Shown here piece by piece: positions 39,228 through 48,478 of a stretch of DNA of 64,000 nt. Within the stretch, counting starts at the first letter, position 1. Each line of letters opens with the position of its first letter. The notes beneath the pieces are model-generated. The model was not told the DNA's origin. It made no database searches and worked only from the letters and a program-made list of their open reading frames with translations. The position numbers were made by a program, and so were the translations under genes. Source of the DNA: Myxococcales bacterium (lineage in GTDB: Bacteria; UBA10199; 2-02-FULL-44-16; JAAZCA01); assembly GCA_012513515.1 (NCBI GenBank), contig JAAZCA010000031.1, positions 19,905 through 83,904 of the forward strand, in the 5' to 3' direction.

Positions 39228-40601
39228 ATGGTCAGAAAAGTCGTCCCATATAAGATCAAGATCGTAGAGCCGATAGCGCTGCTATCCCGCGAGGATCGCG
39301 AGGCAAAGATTTCCGAGGCAGGGCTCAACATTTTTCGCCTCAGATCTAAGCACGTCTACATAGACCTTCTCACCGATTCGGGAACCGGCGCGCTCAGTCA
39401 GGAGCAGCTTTCACAGATGATGATAGGGGATGAATCGTATGCTGGATCCGAGTCCTTCTTCAGGCTGGAGAAGGCGATCCGCGACATCATGCATCTTCCT
39501 TACGTGATCCCGGTCCATCAGGGGCGTGCGGCAGAACAGGTTCTTGATTTCACTCTTGTAAGGGAAGGGCAGGTCGTCCCCGGCAACACGCATTTCGACA
39601 CGACCAAGGCGCATATCGAATTCCGCGGAGGGCGAACTATAGATTGCACTATCGCGGAGGGGCGCGATTCGACGGTGATGTATCCGTTCAAGGGGAATAT
39701 AGATATGAATCTCCTCGAGCATGCGTACAAAAAGTATGGCCGTGAAAAGATATCGTATGTTCTCATAACGGTCACGTGCAATTCCGGCGGGGGGCAGCCG
39801 GTCTCGATGGAAAATATCAGGCAGGTTTCGAGCTTCTGCGCCGAGAAAGGGCTGCGCCTCTTCTTTGACGCCGCGCGTTTCGCGGAAAACGCCTATTTCA
39901 TACAGCAGCGCGAACCGGGCTACGCCGACAAATCTATAAAGGGAATCGTGCGCGAGATGTTTTCATATGTCGAAGGATGTACGATGTCGGCGAAGAAGGA
40001 CGGCCTCGTTCCGATCGGCGGTTTCCTCGCCCTGCGCGATGAGAAACTCTATGAAGAGATGAAGCCCACGGACATCCTCTTCGAGGGTTTCTACACCTAC
40101 GGCGGAATGAGCGGCATGAACATGGATGCGATGGCGCAGGGGCTTTGCGAGGTCGTAGAGGAAAGTTATCTAGCGCACCGCATAGGTCAGACATCATATC
40201 TCGGCGAAGAGCTTACTAAGAGGGACGTTCCGATAGTGAGGCCTGTCGGAGGTCACGCTGTATTTATCGATGGGAGAAGATTTTTCCCGAACGTTCCAGA
40301 AAGCGAATTTCCCGCGCAGCTTCTCGTTGTGGAGCTATATCGCGAAGGCGGAGTGAGGGCGGTAGAGGTCGGCTCATGCCTCGCTGGTCGCGATCCCGAT
40401 AGCGGAGATAACATCCGTCCAGCCCTTGATCTATGCAGACTTACGATCCCGAGGCGCGTTTACACCGAGGAGCATTTCGATTACGTAGCCGACGTCGTTG
40501 ACGAGGTTTTCAAGAAACAGCGAAGCAGAAAGCGCGGCCTCGGATTCGATGTGGAGACCAAGGGAATTCGCCACTTCACGTCGACGTTTAAGGAGTTGTA
40601 A
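39228..40601 (+). CDS. tnaA: Tryptophanase
   Basis: IDLLTDSGT, GDESYAGS, HQGRAAE, SAKKD (PLP Lys); RAVEVGS and RHFT match tryptophanase rather than TPL. Confidence 0.82.
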   Translation: MVRKVVPYKIKIVEPIALLSREDREAKISEAGLNIFRLRSKHVYIDLLTDSGTGALSQEQLSQMMIGDESYAGSESFFRLEKAIRDIMHLPYVIPVHQGRAAEQVLDFTLVREGQVVPGNTHFDTTKAHIEFRGGRTIDCTIAEGRDSTVMYPFKGNIDMNLLEHAYKKYGREKISYVLITVTCNSGGGQPVSMENIRQVSSFCAEKGLRLFFDAARFAENAYFIQQREPGYADKSIKGIVREMFSYVEGCTMSAKKDGLVPIGGFLALRDEKLYEEMKPTDILFEGFYTYGGMSGMNMDAMAQGLCEVVEESYLAHRIGQTSYLGEELTKRDVPIVRPVGGHAVFIDGRRFFPNVPESEFPAQLLVVELYREGGVRAVEVGSCLAGRDPDSGDNIRPALDLCRLTIPRRVYTEEHFDYVADVVDEVFKKQRSRKRGLGFDVETKGIRHFTSTFKEL

Positions 40602-40660
40602 ATCAACGTATCTTATAATTACTCAGTGATGATTGCGAATATAATCTTTTTAAAATCCTA

Positions 40661-40823
40661 AATTGTCGTCGCCGCGACGGGAAAATCCCGTTCCAACCGT
40701 TCACCACTCACCAGTCACGGTCGTTGCTGGATCCCCGATTACACCATTCGGGGATGACACTATGAATGTCATTCCCGCGGCATTAAGCCGCCGCTACCGC
40801 GGGGTTCCAACCGCTCACCAGTC
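40661..40823. repeat. Intergenic mosaic repeat cassette
   Basis: GGATCCCCGATTACACCATTCGGGGATGAC, GTCATTCCCGC, GCCGCCGCTACCGCGGGGTTCC, CACCAGT heptamers. Confidence 0.88.
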
Positions 40824-40939
40824 ACCAGTCGCGAGTTACGGCAGTCCCCACTTGCGCCTTACATGGTATAGTTATAATGATAGCGCAGCATGCTATTATC
40901 CGTTGGCGCATGAGATGCACCTCAACCGGGGAGGATTCA

Positions 40940-41332
40940 ATGTCAATGACCGACAAAGAGCTCATAAAAATCGCGACGGAGGCGAGAAAAAAGGCGTATG
41001 CGCCGTACTCAAAATTCAAGGTGGGAGCGGCACTTCTTTGTAGCGATGGCCGGGTTTTTACCGGCTGCAACGTCGAAAATGCCACGTATGGCGCCACCTG
41101 CTGCGCCGAGCGCACCGCCATATTCAAGGCCGTCTCGGAAGGGGCGCGCGAATTCCTTAAAATAGCGGTGGTGACAGGGAGTTCGCATATCGATTCGCCG
41201 TGCGGGATATGCCGGCAGGTCCTTTTTGAATTCACCCCCGACCTCAGGGTCATAATGGCAAATACTAAAGGAAAATCAGCAGGTTACACCATTAAAAAGC
41301 TCCTCCCCGCCGCATTTTCACTGAAAAAATAG
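40940..41332 (+). CDS. cdd: Cytidine deaminase (homotetrameric type)
   Basis: AYAPYSKFKVGAA, GCNVENA, CAERTAI, PCGICRQ. Confidence 0.96.
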   Translation: MSMTDKELIKIATEARKKAYAPYSKFKVGAALLCSDGRVFTGCNVENATYGATCCAERTAIFKAVSEGAREFLKIAVVTGSSHIDSPCGICRQVLFEFTPDLRVIMANTKGKSAGYTIKKLLPAAFSLKK

Positions 41333-41428
41333 CCCCCTCCTCGGGGGAGACAAGCCGTTTGTGCCCCCGGAGCATACCGGGGTGAAATACGCCGCCAAAA
41401 ATTTTCTCAAAAATTGGCATTTTTTTTA

Positions 41429-41531
41429 GCAACTAAACCACAGAGGGATCGATAACACTGCGGTATAGCGCTTTTGGATAAAGCGCTGAAGGGAAAGAAA
41501 GTTCGCAACAAATAATTTTTTCGGACGATAA
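41429..41531 (+). promoter_or_regulatory. Two tandem putative alternative-sigma promoters
   Basis: GCAA ctaaaccacagaggg ATCGATAA (41429-41455) and GCAA caaataattttttcg GACGATAA (41505-41531). Confidence 0.62.
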
Positions 41532-41599
41532 AACTAGTGGATGGGCATGGGGGCTTTATCCGTGCAAATCCTCTTCAACGGACGGCAAAAGGAGGCACA

Positions 41600-42958
41600 A
41601 TGTTAGCAGGTTCACAAAGATGCGAATTCAGGTCACAACTATGGCTCGATAGCGATTCATTTAAAACGATGATGGAGGTCCTAAAGGCTGACTGCGAAAT
41701 AGATTCGAAGAGGTGCGTCGAGACGGAAGGATTCAAACTAGACAACACGAGCGAGCCCTCCGAAGGTGGATGCAGGCGCCAGGTAAAAAGGGGCGCAGAG
41801 TTTGAAGATGTCTTCCGGAAAGTAGTCGATGGCAGACTAATTTTAGGTCGTATACTCCCGGCCACCCTGCTGTGGAACGCTATGCAAGCCATGGACGTCT
41901 GTAAATGGGGAAGCCGCGCCGGATATCTCTTCGCCGCCGGGACGGAGCTCATAAGAGGGCTTAGGGAAAGCTTCGATCTAGGCAAGGCCGACATCAAATA
42001 TGACGAATCATTCAAACTAATAAAAGACCTGGGAGACAACCCAGTGAAAGCTCTCGTTGAAGCCAAGGCCGAGTTAAAAGCTGACATCGAAAGCACGCAA
42101 ATAACCACCAGTGCGAAAGCTGGAAAGCAAACGCAACTTGACACGCTCAAAAGCCACGAAGAGGACTTGGCGGTTACGTATGCGCGCGCCTCAATCGCTT
42201 TCATCAGGGATAACGCCGCCAAATCCGACCATCTTGAAATGCTTATAAATCTGGGGATGGATGAAGAGACAGCGATGGTCCTCTACTCGCTCGCTCCGGC
42301 CTATAGAGAAGATGGAGAAACGAAGCTAGACGAACTGTGCGTAAGTGTCGCAGTCGAAAAACTCGTTGAAAATAAGTCGATCAGCAGAAGCTGGGGAGAT
42401 GTAATAATCGCATTCAAGAAGATCGTCGACATCAGCGCCGCAATTCAAAAGGCATCCGAAAGTGAAGATGTAAAAAAAATCGATAGTGCATTTGTCGCCG
42501 CAACTGCCGCCAGACAGCCTACGAAAGAGATGATTCAAGGATGGCTCACTAAAAGAATGCAGGCGATAAGGACCGCGATTGGTGAAGATGGGGCATCGAA
42601 GCTCGTTACCTCTTATGAGGAAGCCGTAAATCTCCTGACGGATCTCGTACAGATCACGACGGCCCAGAGCGCCCTTGTGAATTCCTTAACCCCCTTGCTG
42701 ACAGAACTTAATCGGTACGTGGCGCTTTTACAATCCGCCACGCAGCCCGACACCAAATCCGACCCTAAAAAGTCCGAACGAGTAAAAAAGGTACCCCCTA
42801 GAGTCATCAGAACAAAAAGCTCTGGCGGTAAAGCTAGCAGAACCTCTTCTAAGACAAATTATGAAGCAATCTGCCGTTCTACCATTGTGCAACGCGCCCA
42901 AGACGCTGGTCTGCGCGCTGCTTACGCCAAAGCCGTAAAAGAGGGGAAATGTAAGTAA
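41600..42958 (+). CDS. Hypothetical helical protein, 8 Cys, no obvious signal peptide
   Basis: RBS GGAGG before ATG 41600; long open frame; no recognised family. Confidence 0.8.
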   Translation: MLAGSQRCEFRSQLWLDSDSFKTMMEVLKADCEIDSKRCVETEGFKLDNTSEPSEGGCRRQVKRGAEFEDVFRKVVDGRLILGRILPATLLWNAMQAMDVCKWGSRAGYLFAAGTELIRGLRESFDLGKADIKYDESFKLIKDLGDNPVKALVEAKAELKADIESTQITTSAKAGKQTQLDTLKSHEEDLAVTYARASIAFIRDNAAKSDHLEMLINLGMDEETAMVLYSLAPAYREDGETKLDELCVSVAVEKLVENKSISRSWGDVIIAFKKIVDISAAIQKASESEDVKKIDSAFVAATAARQPTKEMIQGWLTKRMQAIRTAIGEDGASKLVTSYEEAVNLLTDLVQITTAQSALVNSLTPLLTELNRYVALLQSATQPDTKSDPKKSERVKKVPPRVIRTKSSGGKASRTSSKTNYEAICRSTIVQRAQDAGLRAAYAKAVKEGKCK

Positions 42959-42995
42959 GTAGTTGTAGGATAAATTCCTTTAATAGGAGGCTAAA

Positions 42996-45674
42996 ATGTT
43001 TTCTGCCGGTGACGATAGATATAAACTTGGGCTTACCCCGATACAAACAGCGATTGTCGATGCCATTGCACCGGCGTTTTGTCCGGTACAAAAGTTTGAC
43101 AACAACCCTGTGAAAAAAGACGATTGCGACCTTCTGCTTGCGAAGGTGCTGGCGGATTCAACCGCGGCTCTCCAGGACGACGAGGCAAAAAACAGGTTCA
43201 CCGCCGAGATATTCCTCCCTGCAGCGCAGACAGTAGGGCACCAGTGCCAAGAACAAAAAGCAAAGAGAATGGTAGGAGATGAGAGACAATGCTCACTCGA
43301 CTCCTACAGGGATGAAAAAAAACCTAGGGTTCAAATTTTAACATCGAGAGATAGCGGTCTTTTAGAGATGCCCTTCATCCCATACCTAAGAGAGGCAGCT
43401 GCAGGAAGAGTGTCAGGAATCTTAAACGCACCGTCAGCCGGCTCCACACGTACAGTAGCTATGTTAACCGCCCCTCTGCCCAATGCAGAGTTTTCAAATT
43501 TTCTAAAAGAGCTCAGGGATAACGGAATGGTAAGGCTCGCCCGCGAGGCAATGCGCCTATTTAACGACGCGGCAGAGCGCGAGGGTTTCAACCGGTCAAA
43601 GATCGACCCCCTAGTTGATTCTATAATAGAGCTCGTAAAAGCGTTCTCAGATCATGTTCCGAGTTCATCAGATAAAGATCATGCAATCGATGCCGCACAT
43701 GAGGCGCTTTCGAAGACTATCATCTATAAATTCGAAGAGGACGGAAGAGGTGATTTTCGTACCCTCCCCGAAAGTGTGTGGGGAGCCGGGAGTAAACTGA
43801 CGGAAAAGGATGCTTTGAGAAAACTCTTCACAAATGCAATTCCGCGTTATCTCGCAAATAAAACAGCCCCGGCATACGCTGATAAAGATGTCACCAAAGC
43901 TCTGGGCGAACTCGGCGACGCGATGCTGAGTGCGATCCAAAAGAGCGCTGAAAAAGATCCCGCAAAGCTAGTCGTAAAAGAGGTGAAGACCGACGGAAGT
44001 GGGAAACCGACCGAGGTGATCTTTATGGATGGAGCCGAAGCCGCCAAAGCTCTGGCTGCTTCAGGTCTGGAAGATACGGACGGCAGGGCGCTTCCAAAAA
44101 GGCTCATCCAAGGGCTAGGCGCAGGATGGAATGAGATAGCGCTTGAGCCCCTGAAGGAACTTTGGAGGGCCGCCTACCTCAAGAACGCAAAACTTGCCAA
44201 GATCGGCACCCCCGAGCGCGAACGCGCAATAGACTCGATGATAGAGCAGCTAGAAGGTGCGAGCCCGGTTGGAATCAAAAGCGCGGTTGTGGAAGATGTT
44301 AAGAGAGACGGCACAGTCGTTCTGGGAAATCTCCCAGAAAAGAAATTCGCGGATAGATACCTCAATTATCTTTCAACGCTCGAAGGCGATATGTACATGG
44401 CCTTCTACGACAAGATAACCGAACTCCACAGGGAGGCCGTGAATAGCGCCGATTTCAAAGCCAAAAAATTTACGGAAGATGACGTAGCATCGGCGATAGA
44501 ACGCTCTCTGAGGGATGCGATATCCGGCGGTAAACCTAAAGGATTGAGCACCTTTGGACTGCTGCATTATGCGGGGCTTGATAAGAACAAGAAGCCGAGT
44601 TTTGCAGCAAAGACGGATGATAAAGGTAGGTTTGGAGGAGAAGCTTCAGTCGTAACATATTTCGACAGCGGTCGTGCCATACTGCAGGGAAGGTTGAGCG
44701 CAGATGTCAGGGCATGGGATATAAATCCGAATTGGTCGCTTTCTGTTCACGGTGGGGTGGCATACGGAGAGAGGCCTGGCTATTTTACCAGAGAGCTCAA
44801 TCGCCCAACAAGCAATCCACAAGGGGTGAAGGATAACTCTCTCGTAACCGGCATAAACTTGTCGGTTGATGGAAAGGTTATGGTAGGCAAGGAAGGCGAG
44901 AAGCGGCCTCTCGGCATGTCGATTGTTGCCGGTATTGTTGAAGACGGCAATGATTTTCGAAACAGGATAGTTTTCCCAAGTTATACCCTGTCCATTCCGT
45001 TTGGTAAAAAGGATGAGACGGGTAGTGGCTCTGTAAGTCTTGGGGCCTCCATTGGCAAATATTTAGATATAAACACTAACTCCAATACGCAAGATCAATG
45101 GAATCTTAATGAGTCGTTTTTTCTTGGCGGATCAGCAGGTGTAAAATGGCTGATGAATAAAGCGTGGAAAGCTAATTTGGGTCTATCGCTACAGTATGAT
45201 CATACTCTTAACGGAAGCGCCGCAAAGCTTTTACAGGGATTATTTGAACTTTCTGCTCAGCTCCCTGGAACCGGCCTCGCAGGCGCCTTTAAGATGATAT
45301 ATTCAGGAAGCTACTCTGAAAATAATTGGCATTATCTGAGCTTTAGAATTCCGATTGAGTTCATGTTCCCACTGCCAGAGGGATGGGAAATAGGTCCCCA
45401 AGTTATCTACAGGACCGATTTGTTTAGTACAGGATTCGATAAAACAAACGACTCCAATTATACATTAGATTCAGCTGCAAACGGCGGCACGATACCGAGT
45501 TCAATAGTCACCGATCCTTCCAATGGAAAGTTTATTCATATTTTAAATCCGCAATTGTGCATTAAACATGATGGAACCGTTGTCGGCGCTAGAGTTTGCA
45601 TGGGATATGCCTGTGCCATGCAGAATCCTTACATTAACCATTTTGGAACGTTTAATGGTGCACTAACTTGGTAA
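42996..45674 (+). CDS. Large hypothetical protein: helical N-terminal region and beta-barrel-like C-terminal region
   Basis: 892 aa; RBS GGAGG; C-terminal third has alternating Gly/aromatic strands and ends FNGALTW. Confidence 0.8.
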   Translation: MFSAGDDRYKLGLTPIQTAIVDAIAPAFCPVQKFDNNPVKKDDCDLLLAKVLADSTAALQDDEAKNRFTAEIFLPAAQTVGHQCQEQKAKRMVGDERQCSLDSYRDEKKPRVQILTSRDSGLLEMPFIPYLREAAAGRVSGILNAPSAGSTRTVAMLTAPLPNAEFSNFLKELRDNGMVRLAREAMRLFNDAAEREGFNRSKIDPLVDSIIELVKAFSDHVPSSSDKDHAIDAAHEALSKTIIYKFEEDGRGDFRTLPESVWGAGSKLTEKDALRKLFTNAIPRYLANKTAPAYADKDVTKALGELGDAMLSAIQKSAEKDPAKLVVKEVKTDGSGKPTEVIFMDGAEAAKALAASGLEDTDGRALPKRLIQGLGAGWNEIALEPLKELWRAAYLKNAKLAKIGTPERERAIDSMIEQLEGASPVGIKSAVVEDVKRDGTVVLGNLPEKKFADRYLNYLSTLEGDMYMAFYDKITELHREAVNSADFKAKKFTEDDVASAIERSLRDAISGGKPKGLSTFGLLHYAGLDKNKKPSFAAKTDDKGRFGGEASVVTYFDSGRAILQGRLSADVRAWDINPNWSLSVHGGVAYGERPGYFTRELNRPTSNPQGVKDNSLVTGINLSVDGKVMVGKEGEKRPLGMSIVAGIVEDGNDFRNRIVFPSYTLSIPFGKKDETGSGSVSLGASIGKYLDINTNSNTQDQWNLNESFFLGGSAGVKWLMNKAWKANLGLSLQYDHTLNGSAAKLLQGLFELSAQLPGTGLAGAFKMIYSGSYSENNWHYLSFRIPIEFMFPLPEGWEIGPQVIYRTDLFSTGFDKTNDSNYTLDSAANGGTIPSSIVTDPSNGKFIHILNPQLCIKHDGTVVGARVCMGYACAMQNPYINHFGTFNGALTW

Positions 45675-45731
45675 CGGGGTTGATGGTATTAGTCCATACT
45701 AAAGAGCTTTGGATAGAGAGAGGATAGGGAT

Positions 45732-48344
45732 ATGAAAATAAAATTCTCCTGGATTTCGAAACTTCTTCTACTCGCGGTCGTATTTCTGACCGCCTGCGAC
45801 GACGGAGAGCTGAGGGTGCGTAGGCATAGCTTCAGCATAACACCGGCGTCACCGGTGATCGTGAAATTCAACGCCGATCCGAACCAGATTCTGCTCGGAG
45901 AGAGCACCACGATAACATGGGAGGTTTCAGGGGCGGACTCGATCGAGATAACTTCCGTCGGCAAGGACGGATCCTCTCCCATTCACGTTGAAACCAAGGA
46001 AAATGCCGGAACGGTGGTTGCGAAGAACCTCACGGCCGACACCGATTTCATAATAACCGCTGCCGTCGCCGCAGGCGCAGGAGCGGAAGGTGACGTAGCC
46101 CCGAAGGGGTTCTCGATAGGCGCGTATCCCCCGAAGGGAGAGGATGTTGCGATAGGCGGGAAGATTGGAGATCCTTCGGGTTCATCCACCGCCCTCCCCT
46201 CCACAAAGACCATCACTGTGAAGGTCGTTGCGGTCGAGGAAGTAAACGCGATGATCACAGCCGATAAGGAAACGCTGGCAGATGGCGAATCCACGATAAT
46301 CCGCTGGAGCGTGACCCCTGAGGATGCGACGGTAGAAGTGCTCGATGATCAGGGCGTTGCGGCAGAGCCAACCTATGCCGGAGATGACTGTTTGATCAGC
46401 GACCCGACTGAGCTTCTCGAACGCGGAACTCCGACGGATCAGGTTCCAGCAAAGGGATGCGCTGTGGTATCGCCATTGCAAAGCTCGGTATATACGGTGA
46501 CAGGCACCTCCAAGAGCGGAACTATCGGCAGCGCTGATGTGGCAGTTTCCGTAGCAAATGTTGAAATATTTGCAGAGATAAAGGTAAACGGTGTTAAGAA
46601 TGCCAAGGTCTTCAGTTTTTCAGATCCGCTCGATATAACATGGAAGGCCGAACCTGCAGGGTCAATCGTTACAATAAAAGCGAATCCAACAGCAGTATCG
46701 TGCACTCCGGAGTTACCTGCTGGACAGGCGGTCAATTATTCAAGTGCGAGCTGTGTAGTTTCTGGAGCTACAGAGTTTATAATCGAGGTAGAGACACCAT
46801 CTGCTGGTAAAGCAAGTGACACGGCTAACGTTGCACTAGGAGAAACAAATGTTGGTTTGGATATACGCTCGGATGAATGGGCATTCCCGGGAGAAGAGGT
46901 TTCTCTGGAAATTAAAGCCGCCAGTGGCACCGATGCGTCTCAGATAAAGGAAGTCCAAATTTCAGACCTATCTGCGGCAGGGTTCATCAAAAGAATTCAA
47001 CTTCCGACTGCAGGCCTTGTTAAAGTAATTACCCCTCCAGAAGGAATCAGAGTAAAGATGGTTGATACTTCGGATCACGTAACTGATTATGGAGTGATGG
47101 TAAGAAGCGTTACGACATTTATTGAAAATGTAACTGAAAATGCAGATGCCATAACTACGCTTTCGTTTGATCCAAATAACAAGGCTACGAGGTTTGCCGG
47201 CGTGCAAATGTCAGGCTGGAATACCGGCAAACTCAGAATTTACAAGAATGGTGCAGATATCGATATTGATCTTGGGGCAGCTTTAAAAGCCGCAAATTCG
47301 ATAGGTAGTGGATGGGTAGAAAGTTTCTTGGATGAGGTAATTCATTACTTCCCTGTCAACGCAATATCCGTTCGACCTGGCAACTCAAATGAAATATACG
47401 TTGCTACCACAGGCGGAGTGATGATTTCAGATGATGCTGGTAAAAATTTTAGCATGCTCACTCCTGCTAGAGTTATAAGCTCAAACGGTAAGGACTATGA
47501 TGGATCGCATCCAACCTGTAGAGGGCTTGAACTAAAAGGCAGTAAGGCGACTTTCAAAAAGCAGATAGTCAACCTTAAACAGGTTTGCGATGTAGAAATT
47601 TCGAAGAGTGGGAGGATTCTCGTAGCAACTGACATGGGAATCCTGACAATAAGAGATGTTCAGGCATTTCGCAATAAAGAGGCTGGCGCTGGCGTGATAG
47701 GAAGGCCATCTGAAGGCCAAACCGCTGAAAGCTCCGGTTATTTAACTTTTGGCCATGTAGTGGATGATGTGATTTGCGTAGATATCGACTCATGTTCAAA
47801 GGCTTTTGCTGCAGCTGACAATGGAATATTTGTCAGCAATGATGGCGGTGAAACTTGGACATCATTTGGAGAAGTTTCATCGAGAGCTTACGAACTTAAA
47901 ATTCTAGGAGATACTATATACGCAGCGACAGAATCAGGCATATATCAATCGCCTATAGCATCTGCGGGATGGGTAAAAATGGGAGTGGATTCCAAAGTGC
48001 TCTCGCTCGCCATTGATCCCACAGTGGGTAAATTTGGAAGAATGTTAATAGCCGCAACCGAAGATGGAATGGTTGTTACGAGGGATTCAGGGGCTACTTG
48101 GTCTGCGATGAACGTTGATGGCATATCTGCTGGTGATAGTGTAGCCCTATGGGCAAATACATCCCAATTTGGCGGCAAGATGATCAATGTCATGTTTGGC
48201 AGTGGAAAGAATATAGTTTTTGGTCAGGCTTTGGTAGGAACGGTGGCGCAGGAATTAGAGAATTCGGAATATGAAGAAGCGCTGCTCTCAGCCGGCGCAG
48301 ATGAAAAAGTAGTCGAGGCATTGAAGACTAGGTCTTCGAAATAA
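45732..48344 (+). CDS. Surface lipoprotein with Ig-like repeats and Asp-box (BNR) beta-propeller
   Basis: Lipobox LTAC; repeats ADPNQILLGESTTITW / ADKETLADGESTIIRW; Asp-boxes SDDAGKNF, SNDGGETW, TRDSGATW. Confidence 0.8.
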   Translation: MKIKFSWISKLLLLAVVFLTACDDGELRVRRHSFSITPASPVIVKFNADPNQILLGESTTITWEVSGADSIEITSVGKDGSSPIHVETKENAGTVVAKNLTADTDFIITAAVAAGAGAEGDVAPKGFSIGAYPPKGEDVAIGGKIGDPSGSSTALPSTKTITVKVVAVEEVNAMITADKETLADGESTIIRWSVTPEDATVEVLDDQGVAAEPTYAGDDCLISDPTELLERGTPTDQVPAKGCAVVSPLQSSVYTVTGTSKSGTIGSADVAVSVANVEIFAEIKVNGVKNAKVFSFSDPLDITWKAEPAGSIVTIKANPTAVSCTPELPAGQAVNYSSASCVVSGATEFIIEVETPSAGKASDTANVALGETNVGLDIRSDEWAFPGEEVSLEIKAASGTDASQIKEVQISDLSAAGFIKRIQLPTAGLVKVITPPEGIRVKMVDTSDHVTDYGVMVRSVTTFIENVTENADAITTLSFDPNNKATRFAGVQMSGWNTGKLRIYKNGADIDIDLGAALKAANSIGSGWVESFLDEVIHYFPVNAISVRPGNSNEIYVATTGGVMISDDAGKNFSMLTPARVISSNGKDYDGSHPTCRGLELKGSKATFKKQIVNLKQVCDVEISKSGRILVATDMGILTIRDVQAFRNKEAGAGVIGRPSEGQTAESSGYLTFGHVVDDVICVDIDSCSKAFAAADNGIFVSNDGGETWTSFGEVSSRAYELKILGDTIYAATESGIYQSPIASAGWVKMGVDSKVLSLAIDPTVGKFGRMLIAATEDGMVVTRDSGATWSAMNVDGISAGDSVALWANTSQFGGKMINVMFGSGKNIVFGQALVGTVAQELENSEYEEALLSAGADEKVVEALKTRSSK

Positions 48345-48367
48345 AAAGAGGTAAGGTAAATAATTTC

Positions 48368-48403
48368 AAACGCCGGAGGAAAACCCTCCGGCGTTTTTGT
48401 TTT
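48368..48403 (+). terminator. Rho-independent terminator closing the 3-gene orphan locus
   Basis: AAACGCCGGAGG-AAAAC-CCTCCGGCGTTT-TTGTTTTT. Confidence 0.85.
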
Positions 48404-48478
48404 TCCGGGGGACTCAAACCGCTTATCTCCCCTGAAAAAGTATGGCATTTTACGCCTCCGCGATTATAATCGCCCACC

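Noticed and set aside
41414-41430. Sigma54 site TGGCATTTTTTTTAGC before the orphan locus
   Set aside because: Spacing and the -12 element do not fit TGGC-N7-TTGC.
37583-48344. Prophage or ICE in the AT-richer segments
   Set aside because: No integrase, terminase, capsid, relaxase or transposase is recognisable.
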